Of a DNA stretch of 64,000 nucleotides, positions 50,191 through 63,960 are shown one piece after another. Where the stretch lies: the NCBI GenBank assembly GCA_013265495.1, contig MU061578.1:2179308-2243307 (forward strand), read 5' to 3'. Both the position numbers and the translations under genes were made by a program. The DNA comes from Vicugna vicugna. Its lineage: Eukaryota. Numbering within the stretch: the stretch's first letter is position 1; each line of letters begins with the position of its first letter. The notes under the pieces are model-generated. The model was not told where the DNA came from. It saw nothing but the letters and a program-made list of their open reading frames with translations, and searched no databases.

Positions 50191-51324
50191 AGAATCTAAC
50201 TTATTTGATCCCTAACCCTGAAAAACAATTCTAAAGAATAGGCGTTATTAGCTTCCTGTTGGAGATGAGGGAAATGAGGCTCAGACATCAAATCTGCACA
50301 AATAGTCCAAGGCCATAAATTAGCTATTAGAATTTTGAACTTTGGAGTCTCGTTTATATTTGTGACTCATGAGTCAGTAGTAAGTGCTTGTTGAGTAGAA
50401 AAATAAATTAATAGATGAGTGAATGAACCCATTCAATTCGACCCTCTCTAATCCAGGGTTTAAACCCAGGCTGTATCCCAGGGCTTCAGTTGTGCTCCAT
50501 TCACAGTTCACAGGAATTGTTGCTCAGGGCCACCTGTAACCCAGGTCACCCCAAAGACCCTTGGCTGTTGCTCCCTCCCCAGATCAGCTTCTCCTAAGAG
50601 CACTATTATTTGAGGAACTCAGTGTTTCCCAAACTGTATTTTTCCACCCCAGAGCCTCCGAGTCATAGCAGCCCTTTGCGCTTTCTCTACAAAAATTTCC
50701 AATATACTGCAGTTTTAGTGGGACTATTAAAAACCTGTCAGAAAAATGCTGGTAATGGCAAAAACATTTCTCAGGGGCCGTCAATTCCCCCATATATCCA
50801 TCAGAGCTGCCCCTCACGACAAGGAAGCCCTCATTTAGAAGGTGTCAATTCTAATTATTAATGTGGGGAAAACACCTGCTAAGTATGTTTTTCTGGGAGG
50901 TGAGCTTGGCAGGAAGCCATGGCCGCAGAGAAAACCCTGGTGCCCAGGCCCAGCTTGCTGAAAGGCCACCATAATTAATTAGAACTTGGCTATCACAGCA
51001 CATGTGGACAGGAGGGAAGGGCAGAGCAGGGTGGGGAGGGACGATGCAGCATGCAGAGGGCAGGCTTCCCCTCGACTGGGTGGAATGCAATTCATACTTG
51101 GGTCCACAGAACATTGACATGTTTGTTTGTCCTCAGATTTATGAGCTCATGAAATATCCTGGAGACTCCCTACAGAATTGTCCTCAGAGTTCAAATCTTA
51201 ATGAACAGAATAGCTCTGCTTTGGTATTTCACTAACTAAAGCCCCTTGGAATTATAGACAAAGATTCCATCACTACCACCATTAAACCAAGCTTATGTGT
51301 TCACTTGTATATTGTTTCATTTGT

Positions 51325-51800
51325 CTATCCATCCAACCATCCATCCATCCATGTATGAATGTTTGGCCCACCTCTCCCTCTCTCTCTCCATCCATCCAAC
51401 AATCCATTCACTGATTCATGAATTTATTTCTTCACTCAACCAGCATTAATTGAGCAATTTCTCAATTCCAGACAATAAAGCAGTCATGAAGGATACCAAG
51501 GTGAATTAGATACGGGTCTTTGAACTCAAGGAGCTTTCAGAGTTGAGAGGGAAACAGATCTGTACTTGGGTAAAAGGCCCCAGGGAAAATGAATACAGTA
51601 GCAGACCATCTGCAGTACTGGGGCAGGACTTCCCAGAGGAGATCTCAGAGCTGGGTTTTGAAAGATGAGTAGGAGCCTGACAAGTAGGAAAGGGCATAAG
51701 TCGGATGAGTTGGGTTGAGCCAGGTCAGTCCAGGCAGAGAGAGCAGCATATGCAAAGGTATGGAAGTTTAATCACTGGTGGGAATTATAAGAGGTGAGGC
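51325..51800 (-). mobile_element. (CCAT)n repeat followed by L2
   Basis: ccatccatcc runs, then cattaattgagca, gagctgggttttgaaagatgagtaggag, agcagcatatgcaaagg. Confidence 0.75.
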
Positions 51801-54635
51801 AGAAGACCAAGAAAGAAAACAAGAAGCCTTCTGAAGTCTTGAAACACCTCAATGAAGCAACGTAACCCTGGTGAAGCAGGAGGTCCTGGAGAGGAGAAAC
51901 ACATCCTATTCAACTTGACATATGCCTTCTGTACCTAATATGGTGCCTCAAAGACAGTGGGAGCTTCACAACGATTTGTAGAATTCTATCGTTGCATTAA
52001 TTCAGCCCTGTTTTGTCAAGTGCTTAGTGAATGCCCACTACACATGCCCAGGGCAGAGGCACACATGGTGGGCACTCATTAACCTCAGTACATCAGGGCC
52101 GAGCAGTGCCTGGTACAGAGCAGACCCTCCATGACCATTTGTCCAGTAAAAGGATGAATATCAGGTGTCATGTGTGTGTGTTTCACATTCATGATGTCAT
52201 TTTCATGCTCACTGCAACCTGACAAGGAAAGTGATGTTGTTTTCAAAAGCAGATAAGGAAACTAAAGCTGGGAGAAGTTAAATAACTTGCCTAAGGTCCC
52301 ACAGCCAGGGCTGGGATTGGAATTCAGAGATGTTGTTTCCAAAGCACCTATTATTTCTCTGCCACTTTTCCAGCATCCCTCCCAGAGTCAGAAGATAGAG
52401 GACCATAACCTAGGACAGTGGATTCCTTGGAGCTGTGTTTGTCAGAGAAGGACCAAGCCTGGAGCCAGGAGGGTGATGGGCACTTTTCCTGATGACAAGG
52501 TGGCCAGATAGTATTGCAGAACAGAAATAAAAGTGTAGAAGATAATTTGTTTTGGTTTGGTTTGGTTTGGTGGGGGGAAACTGTAGCTGTTTTCCCATCT
52601 AATCAATTCCTGCCCTTGGCTGGGTCCTCATAAAAGAGAAACCCACAAGATCTAGCTCCAATTTAGCATCTGGCCATCCACATGGGTCCAGACATGCTCC
52701 TCCTGGAGGAAAATATCTTAACACTTTCTCTCCATAGACGAACAAGTAGTTCCATCAGTGGTACTTCCTGCTTGATTTTACGGTGACAGAGGCTTGGAGG
52801 ACAGAGGGGCAAAGAATCACTGTACCTTTCCAAGCCCTCCCTCCCCACCCACCGAGCTGAGAGATCTCTGAACACAAAGACTCTTGTCTCATGTCCCACA
52901 GTCCCATCACCTTTGGGGGAAGATGATGTGAAACCAGCACCCACCTTGGCTCGCCAGAGTAGGCAAGACTGCTTCCCTGAATCTAAAGTAGAAACACTCC
53001 TTTAGCATCAAAAGGCGGCGGGGGCAGGGGCATGGAGAGAGGAGAAAGAGTTCTCCAAATCTTCTTGCTCAAACTCAACAGCTCCAATTTGGAGAATTAT
53101 TTTCAGCCTCCTTTTGATGGGGAGCTTAAAGGGCAAAGTTTGGGCTGCAAATAAAATTGAGTGCACTGTGCAAAGGAGAGTTACACCACACCAGGAACGT
53201 TTTAAGGAGCTTATATGCAACTCTGGAGAAGAGCTTATTACAACTGTGATTCCAGGGAACCTGCAGATCAGATTTAATCTGTAAAGAGGCCCTGTCAAGC
53301 TCTCTCCCCCTCAGGCGAACACAGCCTCCAGCAGACCCAGGCTGAACGGTGGTTCTCTCTCCAGCCTCAGCAGAAAACCACACACGGCCAACCATTGGGG
53401 AGAGAGTGTCCAATGTAACCATCCACTCTCCTTTATGCTTCATTTCCCCACCTAATATATAGCTGCTCTGCATACGTAACTTCCATCGCCAGCAAAATTG
53501 AACGTCCTGATTCTTAATAATGCTGGGCAGTAATTTCATCACCCAGATCACTCTCTTTGCCTGTCAGCATAGAGGGGGAGGAAAAAAAAATCCTGTATTG
53601 TTGGATAAACCCACCAGATGGTTCATCTCTATCAACTGCACATTATACCCGCCGTTACATCTCACTCTTTGTAAATCTCAACTGTTTAGCGACCATCACA
53701 TCAGTATTTTTTTGCCTACTTAGCCTTTCAACCTTATTCCCCAAAGTAACCAAACCATGCTCAACCTCCCCCCCTCCCCTGCCCACGGACCCTGTTCCCG
53801 CGCCTGCAACCAGACACATATGTCTTCGGCTTTATGAGTCACTGCTCGATGCCAGCTAAGTATATTACTGCCTCGAAAATTAACTCGCACACTGAGAATA
53901 ATCACAGAAAAGAAATTTGTTTTCCTACAAGGTTGTTTTCCAGCTGTTTTAATGCAGACAATTTTACCCTGAAACCTAAATTGAAAAAAAAAAAAAGAGA
54001 GACACAGAGAGAGAGACTTTAAAATCTGCATAATTTGAAAGTGCTTAATGTAAATTAGATAGATCAGCCTAATTTTATTTCAGTACTTTTTAATTGCATT
54101 TATAATTAGCAAAATACATTAATGTGCTACACAGAAGGTCAGGATTCCTGGTAAAGGGATCTCATTAAAATGCCCCACTGCATTTCCGTCACATATGCGC
54201 CCAGGAACCCTGAGGCCTGCTTCCCTCCACACTGCGGACCAGGACTATTTTTAACTCATGTGTGTCTTCATCAAAATTGGTGATCCTGTGATCAGATGGC
54301 TCCTTGTGTGGAATATCCCCTCCATCACCCTCACTCTTAGAGACGCCGGGTGAGTCCATACCAGGTCTGAAAGCCCAGATCCCATTGGCCCCCATGTGAC
54401 AAGATATTTTCAACAATAACTCATTTTTGCCTGGAATTCCCCCCCCTTGCTCTTTGATCCGTTCAGACAGAGGCTTGTCTGTACTTTTGTCTCGGGGAGG
54501 GATGTAATGGCAGCAAGAGGCAAAGCCAACAGCGACAGGCCTTCCTTGCTTGGGCTGCCAGGTGGTCCTGTTTGCCATCTGAGGAGAAATCCCCACCCGC
54601 CGTTGAGGACAGAAATTCTGGTCAGTCCTCTCTGT

Positions 54636-54690
54636 AATGATGATGATGAGGATGATTAATAATAATAATAGTAATAGTAATAATAATAAT
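54636..54690. repeat. (GAT)n/(AAT)n simple repeat
   Basis: tgatgatgatgaggatgattaataataataatagtaatagtaataataataata. Confidence 0.9.
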
Positions 54691-56089
54691 ACAGTAGCAA
54701 TGGCAGCAGAACTGATTTTTTCTCCTCCAATTTGACCCAAAGTCACCCTGAAACTAGGTAACATGTCACTCTCAGGCCCTGCTTCCCCTGATACCACAAG
54801 CTGTCGGCCAGGGCAGACAGCCCCATTATTTGCTCCCTGGAGCTCTTGCCACTGCCTGGTAAAGGACCCCACTCTAGCTTTACTGGCAGCCTGGCCAGGG
54901 CTCAGGGCATTCTGAGGGTGTGGGGGCAGAGCCTATTCTCAACACCAAGGCACAAGCTCCTATTCCCCCTACACCCTGTCCATCAAGTCCTGGTCACAGG
55001 ATATCCCATCCCATTGTGCTCTTCACTTCCTTTTGCTTTGTTCCCTTCCCATTATAAGGGACACCAGGAAAAATGGGATGGACTTGGTGATCAAGTCTCA
55101 CCTAACACTTTTGGCTAATCCAAAGTTAAGCAACACACCACTGCACTCAGTGTGGCCGGTGGGGTTCATCTGGCCTTCCTGTTCTCAGAACATTTCCCAT
55201 GTTTTCTGGAACAGCCTGCCATATCCCAGTTTCCTGTATCTACACTTCCTACTTACATATTTCTGTCCGTGTATAAGTAGGATATATAGCTATATACTTG
55301 AGCTTATATAATTATATATATATGCACACACACACACACATATATATATAACAGGCATATATACTTAATAGGAGATATGGAACATGCATATATATCTTTG
55401 GAGAAATGCATATTCATTTTCTGAGGACAGATGTATATTTAGTATATGAAACAGAACACCCAGATATAGCAATCCTCCCCCACTTATTTTTTTTAATTAA
55501 TTAAAAAAAAATAAACATACCACATTAGATTCTGGGAACTAACATTTGTTGAATATGTAGATGTACTGAGAGTTTACATGAAGAGCTGTGTATATATATA
55601 GTTCAATTTTTTTTTAGTGATCCTTTCTACAGCCTAGTGGGGTAGTTGTTAGAAACCTCCATTTTTCAGATGGAGAATATGAGTCCCAGAGAGGCTCATA
55701 GAAAGCAGGTGGCAGAGCTGGTCGACTCAGGCAGTGGTCTGTACCTCCAGGCCACACCCACGCTGACCCTGAAGGACTGTTTGCAGTGCCCACACAGGGC
55801 AGGTCCCCAGGTGGAATCTCACAGCTCAGACCCCTCAAGTACCATTGTTGACTCTGGGAACACTGAAGATTTTCCTTCTGCCTCCATTGGGGAAAACAGA
55901 ACATTTGGCAAACATAAGCAATAGGACAGTCATCTTTATAAGTAAACTGTGACACATGTACATTGCATGGAGAAAAGCATAAAGGTGAGTAATCTAGACC
56001 ACAATTCATGGAGGATGGCCCTAATAATAAGCTAGTGGGGATGCCTCTGACCAGTCCTGCTGAACTATTTAAAGTCCACGAATTGCTGG

Positions 56090-56630
56090 CTTGTTCAAGA
56101 CCCCATGCCTTTGCCTACACTGTGCCATCCACCTGGAAGCCCGTATCTCCCTGGTCCACCTAGGAAACAAACCCTCTCACCCTCTGAAACCGAGCCCAAA
56201 CATCTCCTTCTCATCAAAGCCTTCTCTGACCCTCGCTAGCATGTATGTGGCAAACAGCAGGGATAAATCAACTCTGCTTTGAGGGTCAGCTGTGCTGTAA
56301 TTTGTTGTTTGAATTCTCCTAGGGGAAAATCTGTCTTGTTTATCCTACAGCTAATGGGAACTAAAATCATAGCAACATCTATGTGGAGGGACTATGATAA
56401 ACATGTCACAGACACAACTTCCATGACTTCTCACAGCAACCCTAGTAGTTACATTTATCTCTGCTTTTCAGATAAGGAAATGGAGGTTCAGAGAGGTTAA
56501 GTAACATGTCCAAAGTCACACAGCTATGAAGTCCTGGCACCAGTATTCAAACCTAGGCTGTCTGGGCTATATATTCCCAGGGCCTAGCCCACAGTAGATG
56601 CACGATGAATGCTGTTTGAAAAAATAAATG
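56090..56630. mobile_element. L2 (+) interrupted by MIR (-, ~56365-56570)
   Basis: ttttcagataaggaaatggaggttcagagaggttaagtaac; L2 end cccagggcctagc.cacagtagatgc..atgaatg. Confidence 0.7.
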
Positions 56631-57379
56631 GTGCGTATTTACCGAAAGCCTCTCCATCTGTGTCCCATCCAATTAACCTCAAGCAGATGGAGTGAGGACA
56701 CCCTTCGAGCACTTGTCCTGCTTGTCCTAAAGCCTCATGACTTACCTGGAAGTCAATACTTCATTATGAGCCCATCATGCAGGTCAGTGTAATAATTAAT
56801 GACTATCTGCTGGTGCGACTGCTTATCGTATTTTAGCTTAATTCCAATAAAATCTAAATGGTCTATTAATTTTCCTAATAAATTTAGATATGGCCTCTGA
56901 CCGCAATCTGGCTTTGATTAGCTAACAAAATATTTGAAGATGGGCCAAGCTGGCTCTTTCAAATATTTCAAGCAAATAACACTTAACTGGATTTAGGATT
57001 TTCTGCGTCAGCTTATGGCTGCTCTCAGCAGTGAACAAGGGAAGAGGACAGCTTCATAATTGGTCCCCAGCTACCCAGGGTCGAGCCACCCTGGGGAGCC
57101 ATCTAGACAAGGGTTTAGAGGCCAAATGTGACCAAGAAACACAAATAGAGCCTCAGTTATAGGAAGGGCAGAAACAGAGCTGCAGGGAGGGAGTCACTTC
57201 TCAGGAGTGCTCACAAGAGGGTCCCACTAAGTGGAAGCACACAGATACCTTTCTGAGACTGCCTGCCCCAAAGATGTCCTGAAAGTCCGCACCACTGATG
57301 AGAACCCAAAACAAGGCTCTTACCCTCAGAGAACCAGAAGGAAATCAAGAGAGATGGGAAATGAGAATGTTCTTCCCTG

Positions 57380-58030
57380 GGCTTCTTGCAGGACTGGTGG
57401 CTCTCACTCTTCTGGTCTCAGTGTAAACATCACCACTGCAGAGTACCCCCTCCTCCAAACCCTCTTCCTTAAGGTGACCCCACCATCCCCTTCAATCGGT
57501 TATCACAAAGCCCTGTTTAATTTTCTCTATAGTATTTAGTAGACTCTGAAATCTTTTTTAGGTGTTTTATGTATGTGTTTAATTGTCTTTTGTCCCCTCT
57601 ACCCAGCCCCACTGCAGGAATATAATCTCCAGAAGGGCAAAGACCTTGCACAGCACTTAACATATAGTAAATGCCCAATGATATGTATTTGTTGAATGAA
57701 TAAATAATTGATGAATGAATGATGATGTGTTGATGAATGACAAGAGGATCGCACAGAGGTTAATCTGGAAATAAGCAGCAACAGATCACAGAGATGGAGC
57801 ACAGATCTGGAGTCAACCATAGCTGGGCTTGAATCTTGGCATTTCCTCTTGCTAGCTGGAAGACAATAATGAATTTTTAACTTCTCTGTGCCTCAGTTTC
57901 TTCACCTGTAAAACGGGGCTAATATGAGTGCCTCCCTTGTAGAGTAAAAGTATTAAATAAGTGTGAGTAAAAGACTCAGTAGAGTTGCTGCAGCATAATT
58001 CATGCTCATGAAAGATTAGCTGCTCCGTTG
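57380..58030 (+). mobile_element. L2 3' end followed by MIR
   Basis: catatagtaaatgcccaat..atttgttgaatgaat; ttaacttctctgtgcctcagtttcttcacctgtaaaacgggg. Confidence 0.8.
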
Positions 58031-59206
58031 TCATCGTCATCATCCTCATCTTCATTAGTGTCATCCTCAATGCTATCATCTTCATCACCCACCACCATCA
58101 TCGTTATCATCAGTGTGGAGACATCACCTGATACTGCCCTGCCTCACTGGGATCCACCTCTCTAGCCTTGTTCTAGCTCATCTTTGAAACCTAATCTATG
58201 GCAGCACCACTTGTCATCTTCCTGTATCTGACCCCATATGATACTCTTTGAGGCCACTGTTCACATCTCATGCCTCTCTACTGACCCAGGGCCTACAGAG
58301 AAATGGACACTCAATCAACAGGGACACTCATTCTCATGCTGGATTGACCAATGCAACCCTAATTTCTTATTCTTGGCCATGGCTTGGCAAAGGCTGCCTC
58401 ACTCCCCTGATAAGTTTGCATCTTCCATGCCCTGGAATCTACCCTAGGTGGGCTGCATCCACTTCCCTCCAGATCCAGATCTTCAAATTTCAGAATCCAG
58501 CCTCAGATGCTGGTAGGTCCCTTAATGCTGGGGTACACTATTCCTGGCCCCAGCCTGTGAGCAGATCATGACCTTCCATAATAGCTCATGAAAGCCCCAC
58601 CATGTCTTCACAAAAAGATGGACCTTATCCCCATAATCTGTGAGCAATACCTGTCTATAACCATGTAGAATGTCTTGCTACCTACGCAAATGTGAAAAAC
58701 CAAGTGCAGCGCCAAAGTCTTTGAAAAGGGGGATTATTGATGCAAGTGGTGAGTATTGTTATAGTTGTCACTAGCAAAGTAAGCAAAACAACTAACTCAT
58801 TAGAGAATGAGGGATATTGTGAGGCTCTAATGGCTTTGGAAGGCAATGAAAGGAAGCAAACACTTTCCCTTGGACATAACAGAAAGGAAGAACAGAATCA
58901 CATATCTTCCAGGCTTAAAGTCAAATATAATGAGGGAGATATGAGTATGTATAATGGGGAAAAACAATCTATCTAGCAGCCAAGGAGGCTTCTTGAAAAA
59001 GTGGTATTTGAGCTGAGACTTGCAAGAGAAATGGTCAGGGGATTGAGAGGAAAAAGAATTCCAGGCCAAGGGAACAACATGTTGAAGACCACAAGATAGA
59101 ACAGATCTTGGTCCTTTACAAGAACGAGAAGCCCAGCATGGTGGGTACAGTGAGTGAGAAGGATGAAAGTAAAGCAGAAGTAGAATCATATCTTGACATT
59201 TATGGG

Positions 59207-59568
59207 TGTCTCCATCTGTCTGGGACACTACAACAAAAACACCATAGAGTGTGTGGCTTAAAGAACAAACATTTATTTCTCACAGTTCCTAAGGCTGGGA
59301 AGTCCAAAATCGAGGTGCTGGCAGACCCAGCATTTGGTGTGGGCCTGAAGGCTTCCTGATTTGCAGATGGCCATCTTATTGCCATGTCCTCACATGGCAG
59401 AGGTGGGGGACGGGGAGAGGGGGGGGGCCAGGGAGGGGCTCCATTCTCATGATTTCGTCTAAACCAAATTATCTCCTAAAGGCCCACCTCCTAATACCAT
59501 CCTATTATGAGTTAGGGTTTCAACATACAAATTCTGGGGGGAGGGACACAAACATGCAGTCCGTAACA
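59207..59568 (-). mobile_element. MaLR solo LTR, MLT1A-like
   Basis: atttatttctcacagttc..aggctgggaagtccaa...ggcccacctcctaataccatc; perfect 5-bp TSD atggg (59202-59206 / 59569-59573). Confidence 0.92.
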
Positions 59569-60217
59569 ATGGGTTAGGTCTTTTATTAGATGTTTCCTAT
59601 CCATTGCCACCAATCTGTAGAAACAACACAATAAGGCAGGGATTGTTTTTCCCATTCTCCAGGTAAGAACCTGAGATCACATCATTTGAGTAGGCTGGCC
59701 AGTAGGCATCCCAGTAGGGGGTCGGAGAACTGGGGTCTGAAGCAAGATGTACCGGTTTGCGTGTGATTCCCCTTCTCATTCCAAGAATCAGATAGATGAG
59801 AATGGATGTGTGTCTAAGATGTGCACAGAGAGTGTGTAGACTGGGATCCCATGTGATGGGGTGGGCTTCCATCTCCCCGTAAGTCGCCATGATAGGATTG
59901 CCACCTCTTGGCTGCTAATATTTAAGAGATGCCACCAGCCTCTGCCAAGATTTAATATTGGTTTAGCAGTCAGGAGTTAATTAAATGTTAATGTTCAGTC
60001 ACTTGAAATTAAACATTAGGAATCTCAGCTTTATTTGTAGGTTTCCTAAGCCATCATTGAGGTGTCCTACTTGGTTTCCCCCTTGCTGGGCTGCCTGACT
60101 CCTCCGGCTGGATCCCCCATCCACAGGCAAACTCATTTCACTCACCACATGCCTTGACACACAACATCTGACCTGCCCGACAGCCATACCTCTCCACTGA
60201 GCAAATCTAAAAGGCTG

Positions 60218-60248
<31 letters not shown>
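60218..60248. repeat. (CA)n microsatellite
   Basis: acacac run. Confidence 0.95.
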
Positions 60249-60250
<2 letters not shown>

Positions 60251-60392
60251 ACATCGAGCTTCACATAAGGTGAGCTACCTATAATACCATAGTTATGTCA
60301 GTATGTGCAGTGTCTTACAGATGGCACAGCACTTTCGGGGATGTAATTGAGTTTGGCCTCAGTGAGATGATGGTAATGATGATAATGATGTT

Positions 60393-60496
60393 GGAAGAGG
60401 AGGAGAAAGGAGGCAAGGAGGAAAGGAAGAAGGAGGTGAAGGCAAAGATGGAAGAGAAGGAGGAGGAAGAGAAAGAAAAAGAAAGGGGAAGAGGGA
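60393..60496. repeat. Purine-rich (GA) low-complexity tract
   Basis: ggaagaggaggagaaagga...gaaaggggaagaggga. Confidence 0.85.
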
Positions 60497-63199
60497 CCAT
60501 TCCTTAAGAGTTTTCTGTAGTTTCACGCTCACAATAACTCCACAAGGTAGAGATTGTCACTGCTCTCATTTTACAGATACAGAAAATGAAGCCCAGAGAG
60601 ATTATGCATATGTCCAAGACTAAAAGTGGGATTCGATGTCAAGGTTGAGAGTTGAAATTCTCATTCCTTTAACTACAAATGATCATGTAGATGAGAAAAA
60701 GTGAAGTTCAGAGAAGTTAAGAGGTTTGCTCAAAACCCTAGTTTTATGACCTTATCAATAATGTTAGGAAATAAAGCTCAGAGAGATTTAATGGCTTGTC
60801 CAATGTCACAGCTTTGTGTAAGGATCAGAACTAGAATCCTGGATTCCAATCTCAAGAAAGATTTTGAGTGCATATGTGTGAGTCTGTGTGTGTATGTGTG
60901 TGTTTACTTGCACACACAAAGATTCAGGCTCCCTCCAAGCCTGGAACACTCTCCTGGTGAGAAGGTCTAGGACCCTCCTAGCTTTCTTGGCAATTTGCAG
61001 AGTTTCTGGTTGCATTTTAGCCCAGAGCACTGCTCTTGAATAGCTGACAGCTGGGAAAGACAGGGATGGAGTGGGGAGTGGGGACAAGCCACATCTTCCA
61101 GAAAGGCAACACCACCTGTGCCTGCACTTCCCTTTCAGGACTCTGACCAGTGCCACATCAACTCCAGAACCTTTCTATGGCAATAAGCCTGTGCCCCAGC
61201 ACCTATGCCAATGTGCTGAATTGAAAATCAGGGTAAATCCACACCAAGGGAGATGTCTAATCAAGGCTCAGGTTTGCATTTCCTTCTCAATGGCATGTTG
61301 ACAAAACAAGAAAAGAAAGAAACAGACATGGTTAAGCTGGCTTTTGGAGGCCAGTCAGTGACAGGTGAGAGCAGTGAGGGCTGACTATGACCGGCAATAA
61401 ACAGCCAGAGGGGACATTCAGCACAAAGGGCCATGCCACAGCTTGACTTCTGGCCCTTCTGAGCACTTCTCAGAAACTAACCCATGAAGTTAGAAAAAAC
61501 TGAAGTCAGTCCCACAGAAAGGGGCTTGTGGGGAAAATGTGACTCTGCTACAGATTCCTGGACATAGCCTGGGGTTTAGAAAATAGCAGGTAGATAAGCT
61601 GTGGTGCTGTCTCTCCAATAGATTCAAAAGAACCTGGGAAAGGATTACAGAAGGTTAGAACAGGAATAGTAACAGTGCCGACCACTTACAGAGAAGCCAC
61701 TCTATGCTAGGAGTGCACACAATGCCACATCTTTAAAAACGGTCTTGCCGCACAGCTTCTTTCATAGACCCTGAGACTGAGGTCCCAAGACTCTAAGTCA
61801 CTTATCCAAAATAACTAGTGGTGAGGTATTCAGAAACCATCACTTCTACATTGCTGGTTTTAGAGAAGATGAAACAGACTCCATGAGGACAGAACCCTGC
61901 CAAGGTCATCCTGAAAGTCCCTGGCAGCCTGGGAACCTCCAGGCCCCAGGGGCAACCCCACGAAATCCAGATGGTGGGCTCAGTCACCTTGCTGGCTATT
62001 TTCAAAGTAACCATTTGGGCCACAGCAGCAACCATGATTTTCTCTATCTCTTTATTTCCAGAGAGCAAAGTCCCTTTAAGTGGAAGTCAAGCCAAGGGCA
62101 TTTAGATGGATCAAACATGTCATAGGATTGTGGGATCACTTCCTTTTGAATACACAAGGGCCAACCTCCGCTTTGTCTAACTTTTTCTCCTCTGCAGAAT
62201 GTAGTCTGGGGCCAGAGAGATCTGGCTTTAGATCAGTCCTAATGTGTCTGTGGACCAGCCACGAAAGTTTGCTAAGCCTCACTGTTCCTGGAAATGGGAG
62301 AGTTATCCATTCAGCCCACGAATTTGAGGGCCTGCTGCCTGCCGGGCACTGTCCCAGGTGCTGAAAATGGAGCCATGCGCAAGACAGACCAAAACTCAGA
62401 GCTCTCGGCTAATACCTGAGTGGGGATAACACTAGGACCCAGATCGTAGGTTTATTGTAAGGATTAGAGATACTGCAGGTTAAGGTCTCAGAACGGTGCC
62501 TCCTGATGAGCCGCCACTCAACAGACGATGTCTGTTAAAATAATACAATTATGAATATCATTCTGCTGATCATTTTTTTAAAATCAGGTGGAACTACATA
62601 ATTTTTAGGACAATAAAGAATTTGAAAATAAAACAGCTGATTCTATAGTTTGGTGAGCATTTAAGCATGGGCTTTTTGATGATCTAGCTGACTCACTATG
62701 TAAGCAATAGAAAGAAAGATCCAATGTCTACTTCCCCCAAAGTAGCACAGGGATCTGAGAGCAGCTACAGAGACTTGTGGCACAGCCCCCTGCTGCATGC
62801 AGACATGTGCGGGCATGTGTCATGTGTGGGCACTCAGTGGTCCTTTTCTGCTGCCTTTCACTGGCATGGCAGCCCCCGTGCAGTAGGTGCCTTGTCTTTA
62901 TTTTCTCGAGGAGGAAGATGAGGTGTGGTGAGGGTAGGAAAAGTTTCCCCCTGGTAGAGCAAGGTTGTGAACCCAAACCCCTGACAACACCAAGAGCATT
63001 GCTCTTTTCACTGCATGTATTCTATTTTTCAGCATTATGAGTCATTTTCTTTTCATCATCCTCCACCCCCCCCCGCCCTTTTTAAAAAAAAGATTGAGAT
63101 CGCCACTTCTGGAGGGGAAAGAGACAAAAATAAAGCTGTTCGTACAGGTCCATCATTCTGTGTACAATCTCTGCACCTTTGACAGTGGCAAATGCAGAG

Positions 63200-63592
63200 A
63201 TTTTTCTCCCTTGCAACCCCTTCCCATATCTCCCACATACTCTTCTTCCTGGAACACAGGGAGGCTCCATTGTCCAGCTCCCTTGCACCTGGGCATGGCC
63301 TCATCACTGAGCTACAGTGGACAGAGTGTGAGGGGAAGGATTGCTTGCTACTTCCACGCTTGGCCAGTACAAATTCTCTACAAGTCTCTTTTCCCCTGGG
63401 GGCCAGAAGGTGAAGATGGAGGAGCCAAAGAGTGATAGGAGCCTGAGTCCTGAGTAACTGCAAGGGCAGAGTGCCTTCTCCATGCATATGGTCACACATC
63501 ACACAAGGGAGAAATAAACCTTTCCTGCATTAAGCCCCTGAGACGTGGAAGTTTGTCTGTTACAGCAGCACACCCTGTCTTAGCCAGCACAT
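63200..63592 (+). mobile_element. MaLR LTR, MLT1I/J-like
   Basis: cttcttcctggaacacaggga...ccagctcccttgca...gagaaataaacctt...attaagcccctgaga...tttgtctgttacagcagca. Confidence 0.75.
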
Positions 63593-63719
63593 CCCACTAA
63601 AAGGCAGATTCCTGTCCTTCAGGGTAAGCATCATGTCTTATTAAGTTCTATACTCTGGGCACCCAGCCAGGGGCCTGGCATGACGTAAATTCAGGAAGGT
63701 TGGCCTGGTGTTTATGGAA

Positions 63720-63960
63720 AGGGGTTTGGGGATCAGGTCAGCCTGGATCTGAGTGCTGGCTCTGACACTTGTGTGCTGAGGGAGACTTTGGGGAAAGCAT
63801 TTAACCTCCTGGAGCTTCATCTTCTTATTGGTAAAAGAGTGATGTGATGTCAACATATAGTCATGACAACACGCAGCCATGGGTCTTACATATGGTAAAG
63901 ACAAGTGCTCAGCCTACAAAGAGCACGTAATAAGCTCTCAGGAGCCGGTAAACTACTGTG
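63720..63960 (+). mobile_element. MIR
   Basis: gactttggggaaagcatttaacctcctggagcttcatcttcttattggtaaaa. Confidence 0.65.

Noticed and set aside
54189..54872. 227-aa ORF with an apparent transmembrane segment
   Set aside because: The Leu/Ile run is the antisense translation of an (AAT)n/(GAT)n microsatellite
60560..60850. Three tandem similar units
   Set aside because: Diverged MIR core fragments in the same orientation, not a repeat-spacer array
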